This document shows, in pieces, positions 40,503 through 53,400 of a stretch of 64,000 bases of DNA. This DNA is from Bigelowiella natans CCMP2755. Taxonomy: Eukaryota; Protista; Cercozoa. Position 1 is the stretch's first letter. Every line of letters begins with the position of its first letter. The notes under the pieces are model-generated. The model saw only the letters and a list, made by a program, of their open reading frames with translations, ran no database searches and was not told the origin of the DNA. A program made the translations under genes and the position numbers. The stretch lies in NCBI GenBank assembly GCA_000320545.1, contig ADNK01000136.1, positions 186,001-250,000 of the forward strand, given 5' to 3'.

Positions 40503-41143
40503 TACATTTCCAAAGTGTTGCAAGACACTTGCAGTGTGCAAAATGCAGTGCCTCGAACTGGTTTCAGTGAGGACTGAAAGAGTTCGTTGGAGCGGTTGAA
40601 AGGATGACAGAGAATGGCCACGCGGATGATCATTGTTTGGCGGCTTTTTGCTTGTTGCGACTGAAGAGGTTGAGCTGACACTTTTTGAAGAAAAGGGCAA
40701 TTAGGAATTTTTGGTTGCAAATTCAGACTCTCACTTTGGTTTTTCCTTCCTGCGTAACTCACAGACATTCGTCGCAACCACGAAAATGGGTCCATTCCGA
40801 GCACTGTTCGCCCAGCCTTCGGTAGTACCTATGCTCGCATGCTAGCTGGCTCTCCTCGTCCACGTGTCAAGATCTCTCTCCTGAACCATGGAAACACAGG
40901 CAAATTATTCTCATGCGTCAATCCATATTTACACCTCGCAATCGGCAACCGTCTCACAGTTGTAGATTGCAGCTGAGCTGTAGCGTGGAATGATTCAAAA
41001 CTTATCCCATACTCAATCGTTCGCACAGTCGCACATCGAAAATGAATCCGAAACACATCTCGAGTAAATGCATTGAACAAATGATCTGAATAATGATTGA
41101 TGTCCTTTGAAGCTGCTGATTGTCCGTGATTGCTACTATTCAT
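39524..41143 (-). pseudogene. Candidate spliced hypothetical gene or pseudogene extending into the TpA-depleted domain
   Basis: ATG at 41143 (MNSSNHGQ...). Minus-strand donor- and acceptor-like sites include TCT|gtgagt (~40762), cctcttcag| (~40660), AAT|gtagtt (~40505) and ACC|gtgatc with a (CA)n tract (~40040). No family motif was recognised and the frame is not resolved. Confidence 0.35.
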
Positions 41144-41280
41144 TCATTCGACAAGAACAGAGATTGAAAAACACGACGACAACGACGAAGAAGGAGAAGA
41201 AGAAGATTTGCAGATAAACTCTAAATAGACCGTAAATAGGATTCTGAGAGGAACTTTATTCCATAAGGAACATTTTGCAG

Positions 41281-44200
41281 ATGCAGAAGGAATACTACGC
41301 CTCTCTATCCGAGCCTCGAAGCAGGGAAGCTGAAACGTCGAGGAAGGAAGAAGATCCGCCGGGTAGTCAACTGAGAACAAAGAAGAACAGTAGACGAGAC
41401 AGGCGAAGAAGGGCAAAGCTGAAGCTCTTTTCCTTTTCATGTCCAACTCACAGAAGGACTACTAACGAAGAGAAAATAGTACGTGTTTATGTTTGAGCAT
41501 ATTTGAATTGAAGTTAGATGAACAATTTCACCTTTTGCTACAATGACTTAGAGTTTATCAGAGAACGAACTCCCTGAACCATCAAAACAAGCAGAGGTTA
41601 TCACAACGTTAGTGAACAGATTTCCTGCTCCATTCCATATTGGAGAACAGTGGTATGTTATCTCTTGTTCCTGGCTACGAAAATGGCTGGCTTACACTGG
41701 TATTTCATTCCTGGCATTTGTAATTAGACTTTAAAAGCACTGTTACAATGCAGGTTGTAAAGCCTTCACAGCGATGCCAAATTGTCCCAAATCTGATGAT
41801 GAACCAGGTTCAATAGATAATTCTTCGCTTAAGCCGTGCAATTGCTATTCAAGCGTAGACCCGAAAATCTGGGAGAAAGAGAATCCACCACTTCCTTGCA
41901 CAGCTCTAAGAAACGATAATTATTTGGCGGTCCATCCAAGCATCTGGGATCAACTTTATTCATGGTATGGAGCAAACTACATCATTCGAAGGCAAACAGT
42001 ACGACTGAAAGGGGACCATAGAATCGATGTGAACTTTTCTCCTTGCTACGTTTTATTCAAAATCATGTTAGAGAAAGGCACCTTTCAAGATTACATGGTA
42101 AAGGGTTATCCTCGCTTTACTGCGCTGAACGAGGTTCTTGAAGACTTTCTACAGACAGTCAGCTCGGAAGGGATCAGTAAAATTTCTCTTGGTGGATCGA
42201 AAATATTTTCTACAAAGAGAGACGATAGCAATAATATTGAGACTTACCGGCCATGGTCATACTTTGCATCGGAAGCTCAGGCAAGAAAAGGTGACCGAGT
42301 ATTTGCTTTCTGGAAAGGTCGGTGGTATCCTGGATCTGTCACGAATGAAATAAAAGATGACAATTCAATCTACAAAGTTCTTTGCGATGTAGATGCTGGT
42401 AAAAAGTCAACACCGCTTACTCTCTCAGAGCACGTTCACCGGGTCGAGCTTACTGAATTTAAGCTCTTATTGAAACGGCACGCAGATTTAGATCTACAAG
42501 ATTTTTTAGCCGTACGACATGGTATTCCTATCCAAACAAAAATTCATAAAGCGCCGTTTGTTACTATTGTCATGGAAAAAAGAAACGCAGATGGAAGTTG
42601 GCCGCATTTAGAAAGAACAAACAATGATACCATCATGTTTCGAGAAGGATCAGATATTGATTGCTTGAGCTCGGATGGGAAATGGAGACAGGCAACAGTA
42701 TGTAAGGTAATTATATAGATCTTCTAAACAGTGTAAAGAAAATTGAGATTAGTACCAAAATTAGGAATCAGAAAGCCATATAACTGTGAGATATGTTGGT
42801 TCCAAGAGGAAGGAAGCTGTGAAGAAATTTAGTAAAAGGTTGACCTATCCAGACACACTAAGTAGACTCGAAGAAATTCGCTTTCAGGATACCACGAAAA
42901 TGCTTCAGAATATCTACATGGACGTCTATCGTTTCCAAAGGTTAAATACACTAATGCAAGACTTAAATTATCCGGTAAAAAATTACTGAATATATTTTCC
43001 AGTATGAGCCACTCCTGTTCAGATGGCAAAGCAGCCATAAAAGCTGGAACAAAGTACTTCTTATATAAATATCTCTAACAAACATACATGAATACATATA
43101 TGGAGTTCAAATATTGAAGTTCTCAACAAGAAAACGAAATATGTAACATTAAGTGTGTTACCACCAACTATGAAGAAAAACAATACTACATTAATCAACA
43201 CTATTATATTTACTAACATGATTGAAAAATAAAAAGATGAAACAAATTAGTTAGAGAATTCTTCCTTAGATATTTTTCAACCTTTCGTGCCAGCTGTTCC
43301 CTCACTTTCCTCCCTCGTTTCCGTTACCAATCCCTATTCCTCAAATTAATCTAGCACTAGGAATTGTTGAAATTTACGATAAACCAGTGTTAAAAATTAT
43401 AAGCAAGTTCCAGGCTGGGAAACCATCTTTAATTACTGTTTCATTCAGTTTAATATAAGTTTTCTTGGATCTAGACATCAGTGTACATTGCCAATAAATA
43501 AAATGTAATAACATGTTTGTGTTATGATCTAATTGTTGAAATGAATGTAAATCTTCCAGGTTGTTATATGGTGAAATTCGGGCAGAAGGAGTAAGTCCCA
43601 ATCGGATAATTTGCATATAATTTCCCTAAAACCAGAACTCTAATTTGGTAAAACAGGTGAGGAAGCTGATGGATAGATGTCATCTTCGTGGAAGTGAAGG
43701 TCAGTGTAACGGAATGAAACCTGTAGGAACCTCTTATTACGATGCTTAGTAGAAATTCAAACATTGTCATATATCAGCGAAAATGTTCGTCGATGTCGGA
43801 TCAGGACGGGGAAGAGTTTGCTTGCAAGTTTTTGAGCTCTATCCTAATATTTCCCGAGTAGTCGGTGTGGAAATATCAGCAAACAGATTCTCAGAATGTT
43901 GCATCAAAGCGGTTCCACGTTTTGTAAATTACTGTGAAAGACGAGGAGACAAAATTTCTATGAGTAAATCAGAGAAAAGTTTGGTCATAGTAGTTGAAAA
44001 TGAAACTGGTACACGAAAATTAGAATTCTACAACGCCGACATAGGGTCAGTACAAGATAAGATCCAGGCATCTGAAGTTGATATAGCAAATATGAACGTT
44101 GCTTTCAATAAAGCTTCGACTGGAATCAAGACATTTCTTCTGGGATTGAGAGATGGTGCTAGAATTTCAACTTACACATACATATGTGGGGATTGTTGTC

Positions 44201-44409
44201 TCGGTATTACAGACGGAAGCTCAAGTAGTCCATTTAAACATATTGCAAAGTTTGATTCTTACAAGACTTCTTGGTCATTATCACATCCATTTTATTTATG
44301 GCAACGAGTTCGGCCTACAGAGGATGAGACAAAGGCAAAAATGGATGAAGATAAAAAGGAAGCAAAAGCTGCTGATAATTTACAAAGTAATCAGGAGGAA
44401 GCCTTCTAA
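41281..44409 (+). CDS. Multidomain protein: DUSP domain, two Tudor/Agenet-like barrels and a DOT1-like class I SAM methyltransferase
   Basis: In-frame across all inferred junctions. DUSP: GEQWYVISCSWLRKWLAY..PGSIDNSSL..DNYLAVHPSIWDQLYSWYG..IIR. Barrels: KGDRVFAFWKGRWYPGSV..YKVLCD and GSDIDCLSSDGKWRQATV..ITVRYVG. MTase: LLYGEIRAEGVRKLMDRCHL..MFVDVGSGRGRVCLQ..VVGVEISANR. Confidence 0.75.
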
Positions 44410-45598
44410 ATTTGAAAAGATATTGCTGCAAGCGTGCATCAATAAGAGTTGAAAAGTGAGTTAGCTCGCGGTGGAATAGATAAAAAAAATAAACATGTAC
44501 TCCAACAATTAAAATTAATGTATCCATTTTGAATCTGCGCCACAAATATCAGGAGCGAGACAAATAATTTACATATGAGCTCATGTGTACACCAACAGTC
44601 CATTCTCTATTAGTATAACATGCATGCAACAATATCTGTTTCATGATGATGCATATTGCAACAAGGCAATTAATGTGCTCGGTAGCATTTACATTTCTAC
44701 GTTCTTCCGGACGCCGTGCGCCCGCCTTGGATGATTTAGGGACACTCAATAAATCACTAGCTGCACAAGAATTCACATTGGTCACTTCATCAATGCATGA
44801 TGTCGTTTGTGCACGGTGTGATTAGCTGACAGATGTGCTGTGTGCCAATGCTTGTGGTTGCACTGTGACAGCACGTCAATGTCAACAAAAGCTTTTGAAA
44901 ACAAAACTGTGAAACCCTGATGATGAAAATGCATTGTGGGCTTGAGCATGCATGCCAAACCAAGCTCCTGAGGGGACATTATTGCCGCTCGCACGCGGGT
45001 CTTTTGACTTTTGCGCGCGCGCGTTTCACTTTGATGTGACTAGCCTAGTTGCATCACATCACATCACGCCATTTTCAGATTGAAAACACAGCACTTTTCC
45101 CTGACATCATTTCGCTAACTTGTGCACCAGGCTAGCAAGCAAAATGAGTGCAGTGCAACAGCTGATTCCACTAATGCATGTGCCTAGATGATGTGCAATC
45201 CATGCACGCGCACACATGTGTGCAGTGTCCCAACCATGAGCCATCGCTAGTGCATCTAGACAAACAAGAGCGTGCCACGGACTACGTGCATATGATGTCA
45301 CATTGCATATAATCTTGTTTGACATGAATGTCTGGGTAGTAGGAGTGACCACCGTGTGCATGACGTACGTAGCTAGGTAGCATCCGATGATGATACACAC
45401 ATATGCTCCACCGGAAAATATGTTGTGCACTTAATTAGTCAATCAATTTCTGATTGTTTACTAGACAACACGCTTTTATGTAGCATGATACTTAGTCTAG
45501 GTTAGGTTGCAAAAAGAATTCAGCAAGCACATGGTTGCTGGAGGGTGCCGTGCTAAAGTGATCCATTATTGCCATAACCATGTACATTTAATGTAGCC

Positions 45599-46718
45599 CT
45601 AACCAAACTTTATCTTTGGTAGAGCCAGTATCCTTTTTACAATGTTATTTCCAGTGTCTTCCATATTAAATACCTGTGTTAAGTAATATTCAAAAAATAT
45701 AATTGTTGACACCCATAATATCAAAAGAGGATTTTTATGATCAATGTGTTGAAACAAACCTGCTTCCTGACTTTAAAGTCACAAGGGGAAGGCTCTTCCC
45801 CATGACGGTATCGATGACGACATTTGGAAGAAAAATATTTATGCATTTTAGAATGGGAAAAAGGTGGATCATCTGCCATTCTCCTGGGTATATCGGGACG
45901 ATTTCTCATGTAGAGCTTGTAAGTCAGCTTCTCAATATCAGATACTGTTGGAATCTTACTTACACTAGAAGTTTTCAAACATCTTCTATTCAAGCGGGAT
46001 CTGCATATTCTTGCAGACGTCATTGGTACATTTTTATCCGATAGATAATAGCTTGACGATATTCCTATATGTCTAATTTTTCTAGAATCTCCACCAAAAT
46101 CGGCCACAAAATCTTTATTATCGGATCGAATGCTAGATTTCATCAATCCATGAATCCCTAAACTTTTAGACGGCGATCGTCGGTTCCCTTCCAGGTGTTT
46201 CTGCAGAGAAAGGCGGAAAATCATGACTGCTATCTTCAAATGACTAATATCACCCCCTCTTTGACACTTGATGAGGATATGACAACCTTATTAACTTTAT
46301 GGAGAAGCGAGCTAGCAAGAGTTGAAAACCTAGCAATATCCTCGTTATTGAAAGATTATACGACAGTTCATAAGTTTACCGCTGTTTCCTCTCCATATTA
46401 GTTATATTTGCCTTGAGGGTTTTTTCACGGGGAAATATGGAACCTGTTGTTTCATATATGGTGAGGAGGGAAAGGATAGATATTGAGAAAGAAATTACAG
46501 ATATGGAAAATTGAATGCTCCAAGCAAATGGTCTTTTGGACTCACAAACCAGTGAGTGAATCGGATGGCATAGTTGCACTGTGTCAACAAATTATGAAGT
46601 TGTAAAGTGTACATGCAGAGAAAATGGTTGTAACAAAACTAGGATTTGAAACGTCCAGCAAATTAGTATAAATCAGACATTGATGACCATGTTGACGAAT
46701 TTGCTCTTCTTGCTCCAT
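45599..46718 (-). CDS. Hypothetical spliced protein
   Basis: ATG at 46718 (MEQEEQIRQHG...), several short GT-AG introns, a long open exon within ORF 45721-46239, and a last exon VFNMEDTGNNIVKRILALPKIKFG*. No known motif, and the middle junctions are not fully phased. Confidence 0.45.
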
Positions 46719-47197
46719 TCCATTATCACCGATAACCCCTCGGGCTCTAGGTAGAATCATTGTATGATAAGCTACACGAAAGTGGCGGCTAAGCTAACTA
46801 ATAATTGGTCTTCGGAGTCTATCTATCTGTCTGTCTTGCCAGAAGACAGATCGATCGATCGATCAGGCAAATGATCCTTGTCAGCCTGCTGTGCAGCTGT
46901 ATACGACTACCGGCAAGGGGTAACGACGACAACAACAATATCATCGACGATGACAAAATTGCAGTGGGGTTCTAACATACGACAACAATATCTACAAAAC
47001 TACGAATACAACACTTTTGTGACCTACGACAACAATAATGCTTTATGTTTTGGAACAATCTGATGCCCCGTGCCGGTGACAGCGCTTGTGCCTTCAAACG
47101 GGAATGATCCTTTGATTACGCTTGGATTGGACATTGTCCATTCGTTACTATATACATCCTATGATTCCTCAACTCTTTCAGCAAGTTCTCTCTGCTA

Positions 47198-47996
47198 GAA
47201 ACTTTGAAAAGCCTACCCACGTGCAGGTAGAGTCATTCTACTTCCCGATTGCTCTGAACCATCGGAATGATAATGGTGACGACTGATGATGAGAGCATAA
47301 CTCATTCTTTCTTGTTTACAAGCTTCAAACATGGAAAGCGATTCGCGCAGGAAACAATGTCCTAGCTGTGGTCAGTGAAACGTGATGAGCCTTAAATCTT
47401 TCGCGGCACTATACCCTATTCAACATTATCTTATTCTTATTCTTCATAATCTTTATTATCATCATCATCACAAGATCACCATCTCATTGTCTGTGCCATA
47501 GGCCAAGACTGGATCTGGAAAGACATTAGCCTACACGTTGCCTGGTCATTGTCGTTGTTGTCATAATGATAATAAATGTTGGGAGAGATCTGCTGCTTGT
47601 TGCTGACATCGGTCATTTTTAGCTATCGAAATTCTCCAAAACGTAGCAGACATGAAGGAGGCTACTTTGAAAGAAACGAGATCGTCTTCAAATGAAAAGC
47701 TCGGGCCCACTGCGAGGAGTGACAGTAGTAGTAATAGTAGTAGTGGTGGTGGTAGTAGTAGTAGCCTGAAACCGGTAGTCCTTTGCTTGGTACCAACGCG
47801 TGAGCTTGCATCCCAGGTCTTACTACAATAACAACAACAACAACTGCTGCTACTACTACTCCTGCTACTGCTACTTCTACTACCAGTGCTTATTTTAACA
47901 TTTATCCATGTACTATGCAATGCACTTACAGCAGCACAAATGGACACATTTGAAAACACTAAAGTTTATAATTTACATGTGTGTGTGTGTGTGTGT

Positions 47997-48043
<47 letters not shown>

Positions 48044-48623
48044 GAGAGATAGAGAGTATTAAACAAATTTTCTTTATCTTATATAAGGTGAAACAAGAAG
48101 CCAATTTTTGTGGTCGTTTCTGCAAACAGAAGGTGTGCATATCTTTCAAGTAATGATGATGATGATGCCTGAACTACTGTCGATAAATCGTTCAAATTGT
48201 TCAATTTGTTAAATTGAATAGATAAGAGCAGCTGTGGCATATGGAGGGGTAGATCGAGTGAAGCAGGCACAGCGGTTACAGGTAGTAGTAGTAGTAGTAG
48301 TAGTAGTAGTATAGTAGTAGTAGTAGTAGTACCTGTATTTTTACCTGTATTGTATTTACTGTAAATGTACTTTCTTGTCTTTTGTTGTTATCTTAATGAT
48401 ATCGAGTTGTAGTAGGTTATTATTCAAGGTATTCTATAATGAACTCAGAAGATTCAACAAAGAGGACAAAGAGGCGGAGCTTTACGGTGTTTCCTAGCTG
48501 CGGTAATATCAGTCGTGGTGTGAAAAAATGGATGGATCTCACCTGATCTGATTTATCTATTTTTGATTCATTGTTACAACAAAGCAATACTAATTAAGAT
48601 AATCAAGATGAATACATGTACAC

Positions 48624-48668
<45 letters not shown>

Positions 48669-49550
48669 GCATCTAACATCATTGTTGAATGTCTATTAGA
48701 TTTCTAGAGTGTAAAATGATAATTAGAATTAAAAGTATACTTGTAATGTTAACCTACAGCAGCTTATGACAAACATCTTTTCTCTTTTTTTATATTATCA
48801 TCATCATAATAATAATAATAATAATCATCATCACCATCATCATCGCCAGACACCTGGGCGTCTGATTGATCTTGCGCAAGATTCAGTTGTGTCGTTTTCA
48901 AGGGTAGGGTAGATTTGAATCTTTTGGATGATGTATTATCATGATCATCATTGTTTTGCCGCTGCTGTTAGTCGACACGTTGTAGATCATCTAGTTAACA
49001 TCAATGTAGTCCACACTACGACAACTCTAGCTTAAGCCACATCAGTAATCTTCATCATTGTGAGTAGCAAATATATTGTTGTGGTGCTGCTTTAAAAAAA
49101 AGATCAAGATGGTGATACTTGATGAGGCAGACCGACTTATTCAGAAAAGTAAGAAGATACAGAGTATTAATATTAGAGTTGGGCTAATCATACCTACCTC
49201 AAAGTTGAAGATAACTAATTATTAGCCGAATAATAGATGTCGATATTAGTAGAACACAACAACAAAGTGCTTCCTTTTCGTTTTGACTCGTTAGTTGAGA
49301 TTATTGAGTTGCAGATTTTCCTCTTTATCTTCATCGCTATCATCACCATCATCATCGTCATCGTCATCAGGTCTTTTGGATCAGACAAATACCATAAGAG
49401 ATTTGGTTATTGCAAGGAGGAATGCAGAGATGATCCAAGTAGTAGAAATTATATCTTCAAAATAATGTCAGAATCACTTCGCGTTAGACAATAGTCATCC
49501 AAACATATTGAACAAAAATACTTCGTAAGATAGGAGAAAACTGAGAACAT

Positions 49551-49586
<36 letters not shown>

Positions 49587-51122
49587 TTTTCACGCACCAC
49601 TCAGGTTGTGATGGTGACTGCGACAAACACTCCAGAGCTGAAGCAGGTGAATTTTTTAAAAAGGAGATGGAGGAGGAGGAGGAGGAGCATAATTGATACG
49701 TTGACCAACACAACGAGTGGCATCATCACCATCATCATCCTTATTGCTATTGTATTTCTAAAGACGTTCGAGTGTTGGAGATCTGGGAGGAGGAGGAGGA
49801 GGAGGAATTTAGTGGTAGCTTCCAGTGGAACGAAGACTTCAACTACAGCTACGACGATGACGATGACAATGGATCAGGGGAAAGACGAGGGCTGCAACTA
49901 CAATAGCGAGACTATTCGAGGGAAGAGAAACAGCCCCAGAGATGTTGCTATCTCTGTTATTAGTGATCATAACAAAATTAATAAACATGAATCTTCTTTT
50001 CCTAAAATGTCACAAAATATCCTCCGTGATAGCTACAGAATCAAGCCACAGAAAGAACATTGTGTGACAAGCTCACCAAAGAGTAGTAATAGGGTTACGG
50101 CTGAAGACTTCAATATACCACAATCTGTTGAACAAATTGTACATGTATGCGCTGCACATAAGAAGCTGAAGAAGCTTATCAAACTACTTCGTAAGGTTGA
50201 CATAGATGACAAATCAGAAGGTCAAAAGCGGCATCGACAACCAACACAAACATTGATATTCTGTAACAAGATTAAGAACGTAGAGTCTGTTTGGAAGTTT
50301 CTCATAAAAAATGAGCACAAAGTGGCTAGGATACACGGCAAAATTCATCAAGAAAAGAGAGAAAAAACCTTAGCAGAGTTTCGTGCAGGAAAAATACGAA
50401 TATTAATCGCTACAAACGTTGCATCAAGAGGGTTGCACATAAAGAACTTGAGGTCAGTTGTAAACTATGATTTTCCAACAAGCCTGGAAGAGTATGTTCA
50501 TAGGGTTGGAAGAACAGGTAGGTCAGGGAATCGAGGCAAAGCGTGGTCTTTCTTCACAAGGAACTTGCTTCCTCTTGCGCCTTCAATCGTAAATCTGCTT
50601 GCAAAAACCGGACAGTTTATTGACCCAAATCTTGCAAATCTCGCAAAGGCAGCTCAGGAGGAAAAAAAGCATAAGTCAACTGAAGAGTACAAGGAGAGCG
50701 ATGCTACTCATAATAATACAAAAGATGAAAATCACTTCAGGAAGAAGGAAGATGGGGTATCAGGAGCAAGAGTGGCGGATAGTTTTCAAACAGAAAAGGA
50801 AAGAGATATCAATGAAAATGTTGCAGCTGCTGCATTGAAATTCTCTCAAGACACTCTCGTCGCCCATGGAACTAATAAAAGAAAGAGAAAGAAACAACCC
50901 AATTCGGTACGGGCAGCTATCAAAAACGCAAAAGCCAAACGCAAACTCAATAATAAAAGGAAGCGGAAGAAACAATCATTAGCTCTCGATTGTTTTGGGA
51001 TCGATGCCGAAAATAATGATACAATCAACGGAGATGGGCTAAAAGATGTAAAGCTAGGTGTAACATTATTGCAAGAGGCCCTCAACGAAGCTGCTGCACA
51101 AAAAGCTAGAAAACAAACTTAA
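47198..51122 (+). CDS. DEAD-box RNA helicase with a basic C-terminal tail; the true start is upstream (~46760-47200) and unresolved
   Basis: Q motif FEKPTHVQ, I AKTGSGKT, Ia LVPTRELASQ, YGG, Ib TPGRLIDL, II ILDEADR, III TAT, IV LIFCN, V ATNVASRGLHI, VI YVHRVGRTGRSG. Confidence 0.92.
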
Positions 51123-52041
51123 GAATCCTGCACGATGTGTGCAACTCCATGAATAACCCATGTGACTATGTGACACCATACTATCGCGTGAGAATCACGT
51201 GAACGCACACGTCACGCATCTCGTCATGTGTGAGCCTGTACGACAGTTCACGTTGCGACGTGTCGCACCTCTGCTAAGAAACACTGCGCTGAAGAGCATG
51301 GCGTGTGTTGACTGGCAGGATGGCACATGTGACTACGACAACTGCATGAGCATCTCATGTCATTGAAGCCCCAGATGATCAAGACTGTGCACTGGCAAAG
51401 CTAGAGAGCACGAGCTAATCAGTTGTTGTCATGGGCCTAGCATGCGCATGACAACAACTCTAGAACTGTCGAACAATTTTAGCCTGCCATGTGCCATGCT
51501 ACGTACTGTGCCAGTGTGGCGCGTTTTGAAGCACTGCATGTGCGATCAAGGCGACACCTAGACATGTCCACGTTACGTTTTTTCCATGCATGCATGGTGA
51601 CGCAGTCTCATGCACGCGCTAGCACGCTGCACGTCCATCACATTCTGTATATTGCGTCGATCATTGTCGAAAGTGCAGCTCACCTAGCTGATGTGCTGCA
51701 AAGTGCATGACATCCGTGCTTGTCTCATCGCATGCAGAAACATAAATCAAAGTGAACATGTTCATGATGTGCACCATGAACCAATGCATGTGTAAAGGTG
51801 AATAGAATCGATACAAATGGTAGTTTCAGTGCGCTTTCTTCTCAACGACTAAATGAATGTGATGATAGACACAGTAATAGACACACAGTAATAGACACAG
51901 CAATATCACATATGTAGATGTACATGGTATTACATGTCTATGATTGTGATGTTATTAAATTTGAACCATTTCCTGGAAGTGTGAACCACCTCACTCGTGA
52001 ATTTGATACTACTGCTTTTACTACTACCCCTACTACAACTC

Positions 52042-53366
52042 CTAACAACCTTTGCACTCAAAACCCATGTATTTTGAAACATTCCCTAACAAAGCATTTA
52101 TGTCATGGTTGCTCACATCTTTAAGATAATCTACTGCGCAAACAAATGTCGTAACGCTGTACCCCCTGTGATCAAGAGCAGACTCTGGAAACAAAACGGA
52201 AGCCATTTTTTCGATAAATGCAGCCTCACCCATCAGATGGGCTGGTTTTGCTTGGATTATGCATAGAATGAGAGTACCCAGCAAGTCATCGGCTGATGCT
52301 TGCTCACGCTTAAGAATCATTGGAATACCCATACATGCATCACAGAGATGATCTAATTTCCCTTGGATTGTATTGGCTAAGAAAAACCGACGAATGGATT
52401 GAATGATTGAATCGAGTCGTTTTGATAGCTCTTCCCAGGCTTCTACCGGTGTGAGTGATACAATTATTGGCGATTTAGATGATGAAGGAGCAGTAACAGC
52501 AGCAGTACCAACATTATTATCGAAGGTGGTGGAATTAACTGCAGATATATTTGTACTAGTTGTAGTACCAGTAGCAGCTGTAGTTGTAGTTATGGTAATA
52601 GCAGTTGATTGTTGTTGTTGTTGTGGTGGTGGTGGTGGTGCGGTTGTGGTTGGAGCAGGAGGATGGTCATCACCCTCATTGCTGCTACTGCTAATAATAA
52701 TAATATTATTATTAGCTCTCACCTCCTCCTCCTCGCGTGATCGTACTACTATTGTACTACTAGTATTATTAGTATTATTTGGAGTAGGAGCAGCCGCGGT
52801 AGTAGTGCTGAGTGCAGTAGTAATTGTTGTAGGAGGAGGGGAAGAAGAAGGAGGAACAACAGTAGCGGCAGTCGCTTCTCCGTCATTGAAATCCATGTGA
52901 AATGCTTTAGATTCTGTATGGAATAATGAAGCGGATTCAGCTTTTGCCTCCTTCTTCTCCTTCCTTTCCTCCTCTTCCTCTTCATCCTCCTCCTCATCAT
53001 CATTATCAGTAGCAGTAGCAGCAATAGCCGTTTGAGTATTGATTAAATTATCCTCTGTTGCTGGTTCTTCTGCTGTCTCTATCCTCCTGCTCCGATTGAT
53101 CTTGATTTCTTTTTCCTTCTTCTTCTGAGCCATCATCATCATCATCATCTTGTTCTTTTTCTTGTTCTTTTTTGTCTGTTTTCGTCGTCTTCTATCTGTT
53201 TCCTCTTCCATCTGTGTTGTTAGGCAACTTGAAGGATGGTCAAGAGAAGAATGAGCAGCCACGTCTATTCCCGTCGCTGCTACTGTTCTACTAGAACTCG
53301 TAGTCACGTCTATTCCCGTCGCTGCTACTGTTCTACTAGAACTCGTAGTCATTTTTCCCTTGTGAA

Positions 53367-53400
<34 letters not shown>

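Noticed and set aside
45703-46044. 113-aa plus-strand ORF
   Set aside because: It overlaps the longer minus-strand open exon that has better splice context, and it has no motif.
49551-49765. Poly-Met start of the 523-aa ORF as the helicase N-terminus
   Set aside because: The (ATG)n tract is intronic, and helicase motifs Q to II are encoded in upstream exons from ~47198.
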